Shown here: positions 49,596 through 58,630 of the stretch, piece after piece | Numbering within the stretch: the stretch's first letter is position 1 | Layout: every line of letters starts with the position of its first letter | DNA from: Spirochaetia bacterium | GTDB taxonomy: Bacteria > Spirochaetota > Spirochaetia > UBA9216 | Length of the DNA stretch: 64,000 nucleotides | NCBI GenBank assembly: GCA_963675665.1 | Contig: OY776510.1 | Location: 3,648,001-3,712,000, forward strand | Reading direction: 5' to 3' | Position numbers and translations under genes: made by a program | The notes under the pieces: generated by a model | The model's input: the letters and a program-made list of their open reading frames with translations, nothing else | The model's database searches: none | What the model was told of the DNA's origin: nothing

Positions 49596-49663
49596 CCAAC
49601 ACTCGTCAAATCATTAATATAGACTAACTTTGAGTATCCTGCAGACAGGTAATCAGAACAAGT

Positions 49664-49748
49664 GCCGAAGTGGTGGAATTGGTAGACACAGGGGACTTAA
49701 AATCCCCCGGCTGTATAAGCTGTACCGGTTCAAGTCCGGTCTTCGGTA
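49664..49748 (+). tRNA. tRNA-Leu (TAA)
   Basis: GCCGAAGTGGTGGAATTGGTAGACAC, anticodon arm GGGGA-CTTAAAA-TCCCC, long variable arm, GGTTCAAGTCC; promoter TTGACC-N17-TAATAT (49592-49620); CCA not encoded. Confidence 0.95.
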
Positions 49749-49761
49749 AAGCATTTTTTAC

Positions 49762-49789
49762 AGGCTGAATCCACCATTCAGCCTTTTTT
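49762..49789 (+). terminator. Terminator after tRNA-Leu
   Basis: AGGCTGAAT-CCACC-ATTCAGCCT-TTTTT. Confidence 0.88.
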
Positions 49790-49827
49790 CATCTTTAAGA
49801 CTAAGTTGACTGACCGGGCTACTTTGT

Positions 49828-49840
49828 AGTCCGGTCTTCG
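49828..49840 (+). repeat. 13-bp direct repeat of the tRNA-Leu 3' portion
   Basis: AGTCCGGTCTTCG at 49733-49745 and 49828-49840. Confidence 0.6.
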
Positions 49841-49843
49841 TTA

Positions 49844-50161
49844 TTAGAATCCTATCTGTTTCTTTCTGTTTTCAAGGACAACACCTTCTGCACAGGATGC
49901 CATCTCAAGTACACAGGGGGCGGTAATTGTATATTCAACTCTTGTTCCGCTTTTCGAATCGGCAACCAATCCGGCATCTTTTAGCTGTGACAGATGCTTG
50001 GATGCTGCGGATTTCGGAATTCCGGCTTCTGTAGCCAATTCACAAACACACCAGGATTTTTCTCTCAACTTTTCAAGAAAGAATATTCTCATTGGGTGAG
50101 ATAGTGCTTTAAACATATGTGCTCTCATTTCAGCTTTTTTCAGTTCATCTTCACTAATCAT
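49844..50161 (-). CDS. ArsR/SmtB-family repressor
   Basis: FKALSHPMR, WCVCEL and SKHLSQLKDAGLV motifs; extra C-terminal Cys residues. Confidence 0.93.
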   Translation of the reverse strand: MISEDELKKAEMRAHMFKALSHPMRIFFLEKLREKSWCVCELATEAGIPKSAASKHLSQLKDAGLVADSKSGTRVEYTITAPCVLEMASCAEGVVLENRKKQIGF

Positions 50162-50167
50162 ATTTAT

Positions 50168-50241
50168 AAAGTTGCAAATTTAAGAAACTTTGTCAATAAT
50201 GGCTTGACATAAATAGCAAAGTTTCTTAATAATGAAACATA
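50168..50241. promoter_or_regulatory. Divergent promoters with two putative ArsR operators
   Basis: Back-to-back -35 boxes (TGTCAA 50191-96, TTGACA 50204-09) flanked by AAAGTTGC-N8-GAAACTTT and AAAGTTTC-N8-GAAAC. Confidence 0.75.
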
Positions 50242-50293
50242 GAAACAGTTGTATCGAGTTTTTATAAATAAACTATCATTCGAGGAGTTGGAT

Positions 50294-50533
50294 ATGACAA
50301 TACAGATTTTAGGAACGGGTTGTGCAAAATGTAAAGCACTTGAGGCTTCAGCAATAGAAGCGGTTAAAGCTTTGGCCACAGACGATGAGGTAGTTAAAAT
50401 TACAGACCTCGATGAGATAATGGACATGGGAGTAATGGTTACTCCGGCACTTGCTATTGACGGCGACGTAAAATCGGCAGGTAAAGTATTAACACCTGCC
50501 CAGGTAACTGAATTTATAATGGAAAGCAAATAA
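50294..50533 (+). CDS. Small redox-active disulfide protein (thioredoxin family, MTH895-like)
   Basis: ILGTGCAKC and GVMVTPALAIDG motifs; SD GAGGAG. Confidence 0.92.
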   Translation: MTIQILGTGCAKCKALEASAIEAVKALATDDEVVKITDLDEIMDMGVMVTPALAIDGDVKSAGKVLTPAQVTEFIMESK

Positions 50534-50534
50534 T

Positions 50535-50903
50535 ATGTCGTGTTGCTGTGGAAACGATAGAAAAGTCAAATTAGTATACTCATGTTCAGGAGCCGCCAAT
50601 ACCGGTTATCTCGCTGATCAGGTTTTCAGGAAACTGAAAGCAGAAGGGATCGCTGCAGGAACCTGCTTATCTGCTGTAGGCGCAGATTTATCAGGATTTC
50701 TTGTTTCGGCAAAAGAATCAGATGAGAATATTATTATTGACGGATGTAAAATCGGCTGCGGAAAGAAAATATTTGAAAATAAAGAATTGCCCTATACACA
50801 GTTTATTGTAACTGATTTTAATGTCGAAAAAGGAAAAACTGAAATAACCGGGAACGTTATTGACCGTGTAACAAAAGAGATTATGGCAAAAATCGAAGGA
50901 TAA
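50535..50903 (+). CDS. DGC-domain putative zinc-binding protein
   Basis: YSCSGAANTG, CL and IDGCKIGCG motifs. Confidence 0.9.
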   Translation: MSCCCGNDRKVKLVYSCSGAANTGYLADQVFRKLKAEGIAAGTCLSAVGADLSGFLVSAKESDENIIIDGCKIGCGKKIFENKELPYTQFIVTDFNVEKGKTEITGNVIDRVTKEIMAKIEG

Positions 50904-50907
50904 TCCT

Positions 50908-52092
50908 ATGGCAAAAAAAGAATTAACTCCCAACAAAGCCCTGATAATAGTAGGAGCGGTATTTCTGACGGCATACTTCGTTCCTTTTGATTCACCGCGT
51001 GTCGGAGGCGCTATTCAGGAAGCATTCCTTATGCTCTCAGATTACGCCAGACAACATGTACTTCTGTGCCTGGTTCCGGCAATGTTCATTGCAGGGGCTA
51101 TAACGGTTTTTCTCAACCAGCAGGCTGTTATCAGATATCTCGGACCAAAGGCCCCAAAATTCGTTTCCTATAGCGTAGCTTCCGTTTCCGGCGCCATTCT
51201 GGCTGTATGTTCCTGTACTGTGCTCCCGCTTTTTAAAGGAATATACAAGAAAGGCGCAGGTCTTGGGCCCGCTATAAGTTTCCTTTATTCAGGACCGGCA
51301 ATAAACATCCTTGCTATTGTTCTATCCTATAAAATCTTCGGATGGCAGCTTGGGCTTGCCCGAATGATTGGAGCTGTCCTGTTTGCAGTAATAATAGGCC
51401 TTTTAATGCATCTGATATTCAGAAAAGAAGATGAGGCAAGATTATCCGACGAACGCATGTTCAAATACCAGGAATCAGGTGAAGAAAAAACCCTTGGACA
51501 GATGGCACTTTACATGTTCTCAATGATCGGAATTCTGGTATTCATCAACTGGGCTAACTCAAAAGGCGGCAGCGCCGTATGGGATGTCGTTTACAGAAGC
51601 AAATACTACATTACCGGCGCATTCACCGTTATTCTTGTGTTTACTCTCGCAAAATGGTTTTCCAGGGATGAATTGAAAACATGGATCACCGAAACGCGCG
51701 ATTTTTCTCTTCAAATCCTTCCCTATCTGTTCTTCGGTGTTCTGGTTGCCGGTTTCCTGCTTGGACGCCCTGATCACGACGCGCTGATTCCAACAAAATG
51801 GGTAGCATCACTGGTAGGCGGCAATTCTGTTTTTTCCAATTTCATTGCCTCCATTTCAGGAGCATTCATGTATTTTGCCACACTTACCGAAGTTCCGATT
51901 CTTCAAGGCCTGATTGGAGCAGGAATGGGTAAAGGGCCGGCTTTGGCGCTGCTTCTTGCAGGCCCGTCGTTATCACTGCCGTCCATGCTTGTTATCGGCG
52001 GTGAACTTGGTCTGAAAAAAACGGCTGTCTATGTAAGCCTGGTAATAGTGATGTCGACTCTCGCCGGTTTGGTTTTCGGGTCAGTAATATAG
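50908..52092 (+). CDS. DUF318/ArsP-like permease
   Basis: HVLLCLVPA, LAVCSCTVLPLF, MYFATLTEVP and GPSLSLPSM motifs. Confidence 0.9.
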   Translation: MAKKELTPNKALIIVGAVFLTAYFVPFDSPRVGGAIQEAFLMLSDYARQHVLLCLVPAMFIAGAITVFLNQQAVIRYLGPKAPKFVSYSVASVSGAILAVCSCTVLPLFKGIYKKGAGLGPAISFLYSGPAINILAIVLSYKIFGWQLGLARMIGAVLFAVIIGLLMHLIFRKEDEARLSDERMFKYQESGEEKTLGQMALYMFSMIGILVFINWANSKGGSAVWDVVYRSKYYITGAFTVILVFTLAKWFSRDELKTWITETRDFSLQILPYLFFGVLVAGFLLGRPDHDALIPTKWVASLVGGNSVFSNFIASISGAFMYFATLTEVPILQGLIGAGMGKGPALALLLAGPSLSLPSMLVIGGELGLKKTAVYVSLVIVMSTLAGLVFGSVI

Positions 52093-52096
52093 ATCC

Positions 52097-53212
52097 TTAC
52101 TCAAATACCTCTGCAACATGTTTGAGATTTTTAATAATCTCAATATGTTGCGGACAGCTTTCTTCACACTGCCCGCATTCAATGCAGTCTGAAGCCTTTC
52201 CATGATTATCTTTCACATAATTATTGTAATATACCTTCTGCAGCGAAAAAGTACCCGGAACAGATTGTTCTTCAGTATTGTAGAGTGCAAAATATTCCGG
52301 GATCGCAATATTTTGCGGGCAATCGTCCACACAGTATCTGCAAGCTGTACATGGAACAGCAATAGACTCATTTATTATTTCAACAACCGTTTGTACTGTT
52401 TCTTTCTCTTCCGCCTTCAAAGGATTAAAATCTTTCATATAGTCTGTGTTATCTTTAAGTTGTTCAATATCCGACATTCCGCTAAGTACCGTAAGAACAC
52501 CATCCAGGCTTGCGGCATACCGGACAGCCCATGAAGGAACCGACATTGCCGGGGCGGCGTCCTTAAACAGCTTTTCAGCTTTTTCCGGCACTTTAGCCAG
52601 GGTGCCGCCTTTTACAGGTTCCATAACAATAACCGGTTTATTATATTTTCGTGCGACATCATAACACTTACCGGATTGTATAGCTTCATTGTTCCAGTCA
52701 AGGTAATTAATCTGCAGCTGTACAAATTCCACTTCGGGATGATCCGCAAGAATTCTATCCAGTAAACCTGCATGGTCATGATAAGAAAAACCAATATTTC
52801 TGATTTTCCCCTCGTCTTTCTTTTTTTTAATAAATTCAAAACTATCCAATTCCTGAGCAATTTTATAGTGAGGAACATTGAGATTATGAAGAAGATAATA
52901 ATCAAAATAATCAACGCCGCACTTTTCCAGTTGTTCATTGAAAATTCGTTCATGGTCCTCCGTTTTTTTTAAAAACATAGTAGGCATCTTGGTCGCAACC
53001 GTGAACGCACTCCTTGGATGCCTTTTTACCAGGGTCTCACGAAGGGCAATCTCACTTTTATAACCATGGTACATATAGGCTGTATCAAAATATGTAAATC
53101 CTTTTTCAAGAAAAATATCAACCATTTCTTCCAATTCAATATAGTTTATACTTTCCTGATCATCCGAATTAGTCAGCGGCAAACGCATAAATCCAAATCC
53201 AAGTTTCTTCAT
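52097..53212 (-). CDS. Aldo/keto reductase with C-terminal Fe-S domain
   Basis: [15 protein letters not shown] and VMEPVKGG motifs; CTACRYC..CP and [14 protein letters not shown]. Confidence 0.93.
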   Translation of the reverse strand: MKKLGFGFMRLPLTNSDDQESINYIELEEMVDIFLEKGFTYFDTAYMYHGYKSEIALRETLVKRHPRSAFTVATKMPTMFLKKTEDHERIFNEQLEKCGVDYFDYYLLHNLNVPHYKIAQELDSFEFIKKKKDEGKIRNIGFSYHDHAGLLDRILADHPEVEFVQLQINYLDWNNEAIQSGKCYDVARKYNKPVIVMEPVKGGTLAKVPEKAEKLFKDAAPAMSVPSWAVRYAASLDGVLTVLSGMSDIEQLKDNTDYMKDFNPLKAEEKETVQTVVEIINESIAVPCTACRYCVDDCPQNIAIPEYFALYNTEEQSVPGTFSLQKVYYNNYVKDNHGKASDCIECGQCEESCPQHIEIIKNLKHVAEVFE

Positions 53213-53378
53213 AATATATTCTCCATTTTCATCTATAATTTATATAAAATCCTGAATGTATAAAATGTTTATTCCTATTTTAAAATTGCCTATTTGTACG
53301 AAATACAAGAGTGACTGCTTCCATTTCTGTCAAATTTATGCTTAAAATATGAGTCTTATCCACAAGGAGGGTAATTAC

Positions 53379-54260
53379 ATGAAGAATAAAACAAATCAGA
53401 TAAAATCGTTGTTGCTAGACTATCTTCCTTCGGATATGTATTTCGAGACCGCCCTTAAGGGGGTTGCCCTGGTCAGACGTGAGACTCCTTACCAACCGAA
53501 ACCGATAATATACAAACCACAGGTCATTATTCTTGCACAGGGGAAAAAGCGTGTATATATAGGCAACAAGACATACACTTATGATTCCCATAATTATTTT
53601 GTTCTGACAGTACCGCTTCCTGTTATGTGTGAAGCGATAATAGAGGAAGGAAAACCCATGCTTGGAATAGTAATACAAATCGACCCTCAAATTATCGGGG
53701 AAATTCTCTTTGAGATGGATATGGATTCGCCTCAAAAAAAACAAATGAACAACAGTATATACCAGGCGAAATTATCAGATGATTTGGAAGATGCTGTTAT
53801 GCGGTTACTTAAAACATTAAAATCAAAAAATGAAACAAGAATATTGGGTCCAGTCTATTTAAAAGAGATCTTATTCAAGATTCTTAATGGGGAGCATGGA
53901 GAAATTCTGAGAGAATTAGCCTACAACAACAGAAACCTGTATCAGATTTCAAGAGCCATTAACAAAATTCACGCAGGCTACTTCAATCCAATCGAAATTC
54001 AATCTTTGGCACATGAAGCAGGAATGAGTATCTCCACATTTCACAGCAGTTTTAAAGTGATAACCAGCACATCTCCGCTTCAGTATATCAAGAATATCAG
54101 GCTTCACAAGGCAAAAGAACTAATCCAGCAGGAAGGAGAAAAGGTATACGAAGCTGCAATGCAGGTTGGTTACGAAAGTTCATCACAATTCAACAGGGAG
54201 TATAAACGACTTTTCGGAGTAACCCCTGCAAAGGATAGTACAGAAAGTCCGGTTTACTGA
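53379..54260 (+). CDS. AraC-family regulator (YqhC-like N-terminal domain)
   Basis: AQGKK; LAHEAGMS..TFH..FK; SPLQYIK; VGYESSSQFNREYKRLFG. Confidence 0.93.
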   Translation: MKNKTNQIKSLLLDYLPSDMYFETALKGVALVRRETPYQPKPIIYKPQVIILAQGKKRVYIGNKTYTYDSHNYFVLTVPLPVMCEAIIEEGKPMLGIVIQIDPQIIGEILFEMDMDSPQKKQMNNSIYQAKLSDDLEDAVMRLLKTLKSKNETRILGPVYLKEILFKILNGEHGEILRELAYNNRNLYQISRAINKIHAGYFNPIEIQSLAHEAGMSISTFHSSFKVITSTSPLQYIKNIRLHKAKELIQQEGEKVYEAAMQVGYESSSQFNREYKRLFGVTPAKDSTESPVY

Positions 54261-54287
54261 TTTATAAAGTAAGCGGTAATTCTTCCC

Positions 54288-55820
54288 CTATGACTTTATC
54301 TGTTCAGCGGTCAGGTTGAACGGTAGCAGTTTTTCATAATCTGCGGGTTCTTCACAGTACGGTAACTTGCGAAAAACATAGTAGAAGTAATCATAGACCG
54401 ATAGCTTCTGCAATTTAGCAGATTCAACAAGACTGTAGAGTACCGCCGAAGATTCGGCTCCATGTTCGGTGTCGGAAAACAACCAGTTCTTCCGTCCGAT
54501 TACAAACGGCCGGATTGCATTTTCAGCAATGTTGTTCGACGGAGTAAGCAGCGGATCTTCCAGGTATAACTTTAACTGAACCCAGTTATCAAGCGTGTAT
54601 GATATCGCCTTCCCGAAAGCCATTGTAGGCGGAGTCCCTGCTGCATGTTTAGTAAGCTGTTTGAATAAAGAATCAAGGATAGATCCGGCCTGGTTGGCTC
54701 GATGCTTCTGAAAGCCTTTTTTGGAATATTGCTCGCGCAGGGCTTCAAGCTCGAACAGGTCTTTAATCAATTCAAGTATATGTTTTACTTCCGGAGATTT
54801 AGACATCTCCCAGTATTTATAAAAATACCTTCTGGCATGCGCCCAACATAAAACATGACGAGGTCCATCATGTCCATCTTTTCGCAGCCTTTTCAAAGCA
54901 GTGTGATAGGCCTCATAATCATCAGTCTGCAACCAACCGGTATAACCTTGCAGAAAATCATACGGTATTTCATGAGAACGGCCTGTTTCATACTGAAACA
55001 CTACCGATTTTTTATCAGGTTTTCCGCCAAGAAAGACCCACATCCAGGATTTATCCTGTGCTTTGCGACCTTTTTCTTTCAAAACCTGTACCCGGGTTTC
55101 ATCGGCATTTATTATCGGCCCGTTTTTAATATTATCTTTAAGCAACTCATAAATCGGTCTGCATTTATCAGCGCACTTTATTGCCAATGTGCTCAGTGTT
55201 GCCCTTGGAATATCTGCACCAATTGTATTCAGTCTCTTGCTCTGACGGTAGAACGGGAGAGCATATTCAAACTTCTCATTTATGATCCACGCGAGAAGGC
55301 TTTCATCGGCAATGCTCCCGGCGATCAGATGTTTAATCCCTTCAGCAGTCTGCACCCCCGAAGTTTCATCGGTGGTTCCTTCACAATTTCTGCAAACATA
55401 TTTTTTCTTTATCTCACGCCTGACTACTACTTTCGCAGGAACTATGCATAGCCGTTCGGAGACATCTTCACCAATACAAATCTTCTCAGTTCCGCAAGCG
55501 CATGTTTTATCTTCCTCATCAATATCGTATTCAATAATTTCTCGGGGAAGATCTTCTGACAGAGCTTTTCTACCGACACCCTTACGAACAGTTTTCGTGT
55601 GAGCTTTTACTTCACGGGTCTCAGTTTCTATTTCTTCGTTCTGCTCAAATGCCGTATCCTCTGCCTCGTTGAAAAGTGACGCCTGTTTTTTATCTTCATT
55701 CGTGAGCTTCTCTGATTTTGTTCCGAAATGAAGAGATTGCAAAAGCTGGACCTGCTCTTCTAATCGGGCAATTTTTATTTTTAATTTCTCATTCTCTTCA
55801 AGCAAAGCCTGGCTGTTCAT
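54288..55820 (-). CDS. tnpC: IS66 transposase TnpC
   Basis: FGTKSE, ADETRVQVL, LQTDDY, CWAHARR and NNIAENAIRPFVIGRKNWLF motifs. Confidence 0.96.
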   Translation of the reverse strand: MNSQALLEENEKLKIKIARLEEQVQLLQSLHFGTKSEKLTNEDKKQASLFNEAEDTAFEQNEEIETETREVKAHTKTVRKGVGRKALSEDLPREIIEYDIDEEDKTCACGTEKICIGEDVSERLCIVPAKVVVRREIKKKYVCRNCEGTTDETSGVQTAEGIKHLIAGSIADESLLAWIINEKFEYALPFYRQSKRLNTIGADIPRATLSTLAIKCADKCRPIYELLKDNIKNGPIINADETRVQVLKEKGRKAQDKSWMWVFLGGKPDKKSVVFQYETGRSHEIPYDFLQGYTGWLQTDDYEAYHTALKRLRKDGHDGPRHVLCWAHARRYFYKYWEMSKSPEVKHILELIKDLFELEALREQYSKKGFQKHRANQAGSILDSLFKQLTKHAAGTPPTMAFGKAISYTLDNWVQLKLYLEDPLLTPSNNIAENAIRPFVIGRKNWLFSDTEHGAESSAVLYSLVESAKLQKLSVYDYFYYVFRKLPYCEEPADYEKLLPFNLTAEQIKS

Positions 55821-55858
55821 AAATAAATTTTAACATGATTAAATTCCGGTGTGAAGCA

Positions 55859-56203
55859 TTAAACGCGGGAATATGATAATTCTTTATGCGCGTTGAAGAA
55901 ATCTATCCCGTCCAGCAGCATCTTAAGTTCCTCGAATCTGATTTCTCTGGCCTCTTCTTCTGTTTCAGGCCAGGGAAACTTGTTCTTCTCCAACCGTTTC
56001 TGCCATAGGCAGAATCCGTTTCGATCCCAGTAGACAATTTTCAAAAGTTTTTGTTGGCCGTTACAGAACAGAAACAAACTTTTCGAAAACGGGTCATTAT
56101 GCATTACGTTCTGAATCTGAAGGCTCAATCCGTTTACCCCTTTTCTTAAATCCGTTTTGCCGGGCCGTATAAAATATCGGTAATCTGTATAATCGAAAAT
56201 CAT
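55859..56203 (-). CDS. tnpB: IS66 accessory protein TnpB
   Basis: TDLRKGVNGL, LFLFCN and KIVYWDRNGFCLWQKRLE motifs. Confidence 0.95.
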   Translation of the reverse strand: MIFDYTDYRYFIRPGKTDLRKGVNGLSLQIQNVMHNDPFSKSLFLFCNGQQKLLKIVYWDRNGFCLWQKRLEKNKFPWPETEEEAREIRFEELKMLLDGIDFFNAHKELSYSRV

Positions 56204-56496
56204 TCAAGTTCTCCGATTATTCTCAGAACTGATTTCAGCTCGGCTTCATCAAACCCGGCAGTTATTGATATTAAAAACTTTTTGGACTTCAATACAATTG
56301 GTGCAGCTGCTACAGATTGAACGGGTTTTATTTCTATTATCTCTGAGCTCTTTGACAGGTTCATACCGAACCGTTTTCTGTGCTTATAGAAAGTATTTGG
56401 ATGAATTTCAATCTCTTTGCAAAACTCCGGAATTGATTTTCCGCTCATCTGTTGTTGTTCAAATATTTCTTCCCAGTTTTTGATTATCTTCTTCAT
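56200..56496 (-). CDS. tnpA: IS66 accessory protein TnpA
   Basis: W...F.QQQMSGKSIPEFC HTH; SD GGAGG; overlaps the tnpB start. Confidence 0.88.
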   Translation of the reverse strand: MKKIIKNWEEIFEQQQMSGKSIPEFCKEIEIHPNTFYKHRKRFGMNLSKSSEIIEIKPVQSVAAAPIVLKSKKFLISITAGFDEAELKSVLRIIGELE

Positions 56497-56656
56497 TTCA
56501 TTCCTCCGTGATTCTTTTCCCGGAGGATAGTACATTTTCAGATTTTCGCAAGAAGGAAAGAATTACCGCTTACTTTATAAAAATAAATCACCCTATATGT
56601 GTTTACTGCATCTTTGCAGGCGATACGAAAATCATGGTGTGGCATGAGATTCTCCA

Positions 56657-56824
56657 ATCAGGGACGGTCGAAAACACAGGGCAAACGGTGAAATGGCATA
56701 CCATTCGCTTGAAGTTATGACTAAAATGCTTCGTTCAGCAAAAGAAAAACAATTCTTTAAGATTGACAGCACTTGCTCGCTGCCTGAACCGCTACCGGTA
56801 GACTTTCCCGGCAATGAAGATTAA
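56657..56824 (+). pseudogene. C-terminal remnant of a Gfo/Idh/MocA oxidoreductase
   Basis: IRDGRKHRANGEMAYHSLEVMTKMLRSAKE...IDSTCSLPEPLP* with no N-terminal part. Confidence 0.7.
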
Positions 56825-56845
56825 CCCTGGAGATACCCATAATAT

Positions 56846-57586
56846 TTATGTTGCCAATCTCATCCGGTGCAGTTCTGAACTCATAAGGCTATGGCACTTC
56901 CGGGCCAGCGTCTCTGTAGGAGTGCCCTTTTCAACAAACATAACCGGAAGTATCGATATTTTAATCTTGTGAAACCCGTTCAGAAATTTCCCGTTGCGCG
57001 GCAGAGCCTGAAAAGCTCCGTCAATCACCACCGGAAGAACAGAAGTTGCAGTATTACAGGCAGAGCGGAACGCACCTTTTTTAAACTCAGCTATGTCTCC
57101 GTCTTCAGTACGTGTCCCTTCAGGGTAAATCATCAGCGAGTCACCCTCAATAAGAATATCGTCCATCTTTCTTATTGCTTCAATCTGGCTTTTCCTGTTT
57201 TGCCGGTCAATCAGGATATGCCCGCTCATAAAAAGATTCCAGCCTACAATCGGCACACGGGCAAGAGTCTTTTTAGCAATCATTTTTGCAGGTAAAAAAA
57301 GCGTAAATACAAGAAGAATATCAAGCATGGATTGATGGTTCATTACAATTACACTAGGTTTTGATCGATTGATGTTCTCACGACCACTGTATTCCACACT
57401 TATCAATGGACAAAGCGTCAGAATAACGGTGCAGAGAATTGAGGTATTGTAATGCATTATCTTTCGATGCTTGTCAAAGGGCGATGTGAAAACAAACAGT
57501 AAAGCCTGTATCGGTATATAAATTATAAAACAGATCAGCAGCTCAAGCCAGCTTATTACAGACAGAATAAGAAATATTAAGGGCAT
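56846..57586 (-). CDS. plsC: 1-acyl-sn-glycerol-3-phosphate acyltransferase
   Basis: NHQSMLD, YPEGTR and FKKGAF motifs; SD GGAG before ATG 57586. Confidence 0.92.
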   Translation of the reverse strand: MPLIFLILSVISWLELLICFIIYIPIQALLFVFTSPFDKHRKIMHYNTSILCTVILTLCPLISVEYSGRENINRSKPSVIVMNHQSMLDILLVFTLFLPAKMIAKKTLARVPIVGWNLFMSGHILIDRQNRKSQIEAIRKMDDILIEGDSLMIYPEGTRTEDGDIAEFKKGAFRSACNTATSVLPVVIDGAFQALPRNGKFLNGFHKIKISILPVMFVEKGTPTETLARKCHSLMSSELHRMRLAT

Positions 57587-57714
57587 AATTTCTCCAGAAG
57601 GAATATTCAAAAGTGATGTGCAAATCTACAATTTTGTTTAATAAAAAGATAGTCTTAGTCAGTGATTTTACTATATTATTTAATCTTAATATAACTTCTT
57701 ATGGATTCAGAGGC

Positions 57715-57888
57715 TTAAATGCTGTCGTCTTCGTCAGTATTTATCTCTTCACCATTTATCTCTTCACCCTGCTCCATTTCGTCTTTGAGCTTTTTTCTTT
57801 CCTGTTTTTTCTTTAACTTTTCCTGTTTTTTCTTCTGCTTTTTTAGTTCCTGCTGTCGTTTCTCATATGAATAAAAGTTTTTAGCCAA
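57715..57888 (-). CDS. Small basic/acidic hypothetical protein
   Basis: TTG start with AAGGA; AKNFYSYEKRQQELKKQKKKQEKLKKK then acidic tail with GEEIN twice (15-bp tandem repeat). Confidence 0.7.
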   Translation of the reverse strand: MAKNFYSYEKRQQELKKQKKKQEKLKKKQERKKLKDEMEQGEEINGEEINTDEDDSI

Positions 57889-57920
57889 GAGGTTTTCCTT
57901 AAGTATCAAAATATAAAAAT

Positions 57921-57950
57921 AAAAGCAGCCATCTGGTTATGGCTGCTTTA
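57921..57950 (-). terminator. Terminator after the RRM gene
   Basis: AAAGCAGCCAT-loop-ATGGCTGCTTT hairpin. Confidence 0.85.
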
Positions 57951-57963
57951 TTCATCAGAATAA

Positions 57964-58242
57964 TTAACCGTAATTATTATATCTGGGTCTTTCTTTTCTT
58001 TCCTGAGCTTCGTTAACCTTCAGCTCACGACCAAGCAGTTCAGTTCCGTTCAGTGCTGAAATTGCTGCTTCAGCTGCCGAGTCATCCTGCATTTCAATAA
58101 ATCCGAAGCCTTTTGAGCGTTCCGTATATTTATCTGTGATGATTTTTACATCTACAACTTCACCATACTGAGAAAAAACTGTTCTCAAATCACTTTCCTG
58201 AGCATTAAAACTTATATTTCCTACATAAATTTTTTTAGCCAT
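57964..58242 (-). CDS. RRM RNA-binding protein
   Basis: RNP2 IYVGNI and RNP1 KGFGFIEM. Confidence 0.96.
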   Translation of the reverse strand: MAKKIYVGNISFNAQESDLRTVFSQYGEVVDVKIITDKYTERSKGFGFIEMQDDSAAEAAISALNGTELLGRELKVNEAQERKERPRYNNYG

Positions 58243-58578
58243 TAGATCTCCTGTTACCGTAATAATATCGGTACTAAAATTTTTTTACCAATAAATCAGA
58301 TAATTCTCGGTCATTATTCGCTGATTAGTACAAAATTAAAAAAGGAGCGGGATCGGTAGGATCTGTATGCATCTTTGATAAATATTAGAAACAATTCAAC
58401 TATTAATAAAGAAATAACCTTCAACATGGTATGTGATAAATCTATAGCTATATGATAACAAAATCAAGCTGTTATTTTTTATTTTGGGAATAAAAACTCC
58501 TATTCCGCATTATAAGACCGGACATTTTGATGTAAAAACTGATTTTCAGGTAAAATTATTAATTCTTTCTATATTCGC

Positions 58579-58609
58579 TTGACCCTCCTCTTACAGGAGA
58601 CATTATTGT
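58579..58609 (+). promoter_or_regulatory. MerR-type promoter/operator
   Basis: TTGACC-N19-TATTGT with dyad CTCCT-N5-AGGAG in the spacer. Confidence 0.85.
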
Positions 58610-58630
58610 TTTTGAATCAGGGGAGGTATA

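Larger units (their letters stand above)
54269..56573 (-). mobile_element. Intact IS66-family insertion sequence (2305 bp)
   Basis: Terminal inverted repeats GTAAGCGGTAATTCTT; 8-bp TSD TTTATAAA (54261-68 and 56574-81); tnpA-tnpB-tnpC. Confidence 0.96.

Noticed and set aside
48848-49609. 253-aa antisense ORF opposite tcdA, and many similar shadow ORFs (e.g. 54855-55451, 34612-35178, 16613-17119)
   Set aside because: Antisense to well-supported genes, Ser/Ile/Phe-rich, no motifs; typical reverse-frame artefacts
50294-52092. Possible selenoproteins in the thioredoxin/DGC/DUF318 cluster
   Set aside because: The ORFs are uninterrupted and the redox positions are Cys codons; no in-frame TGA
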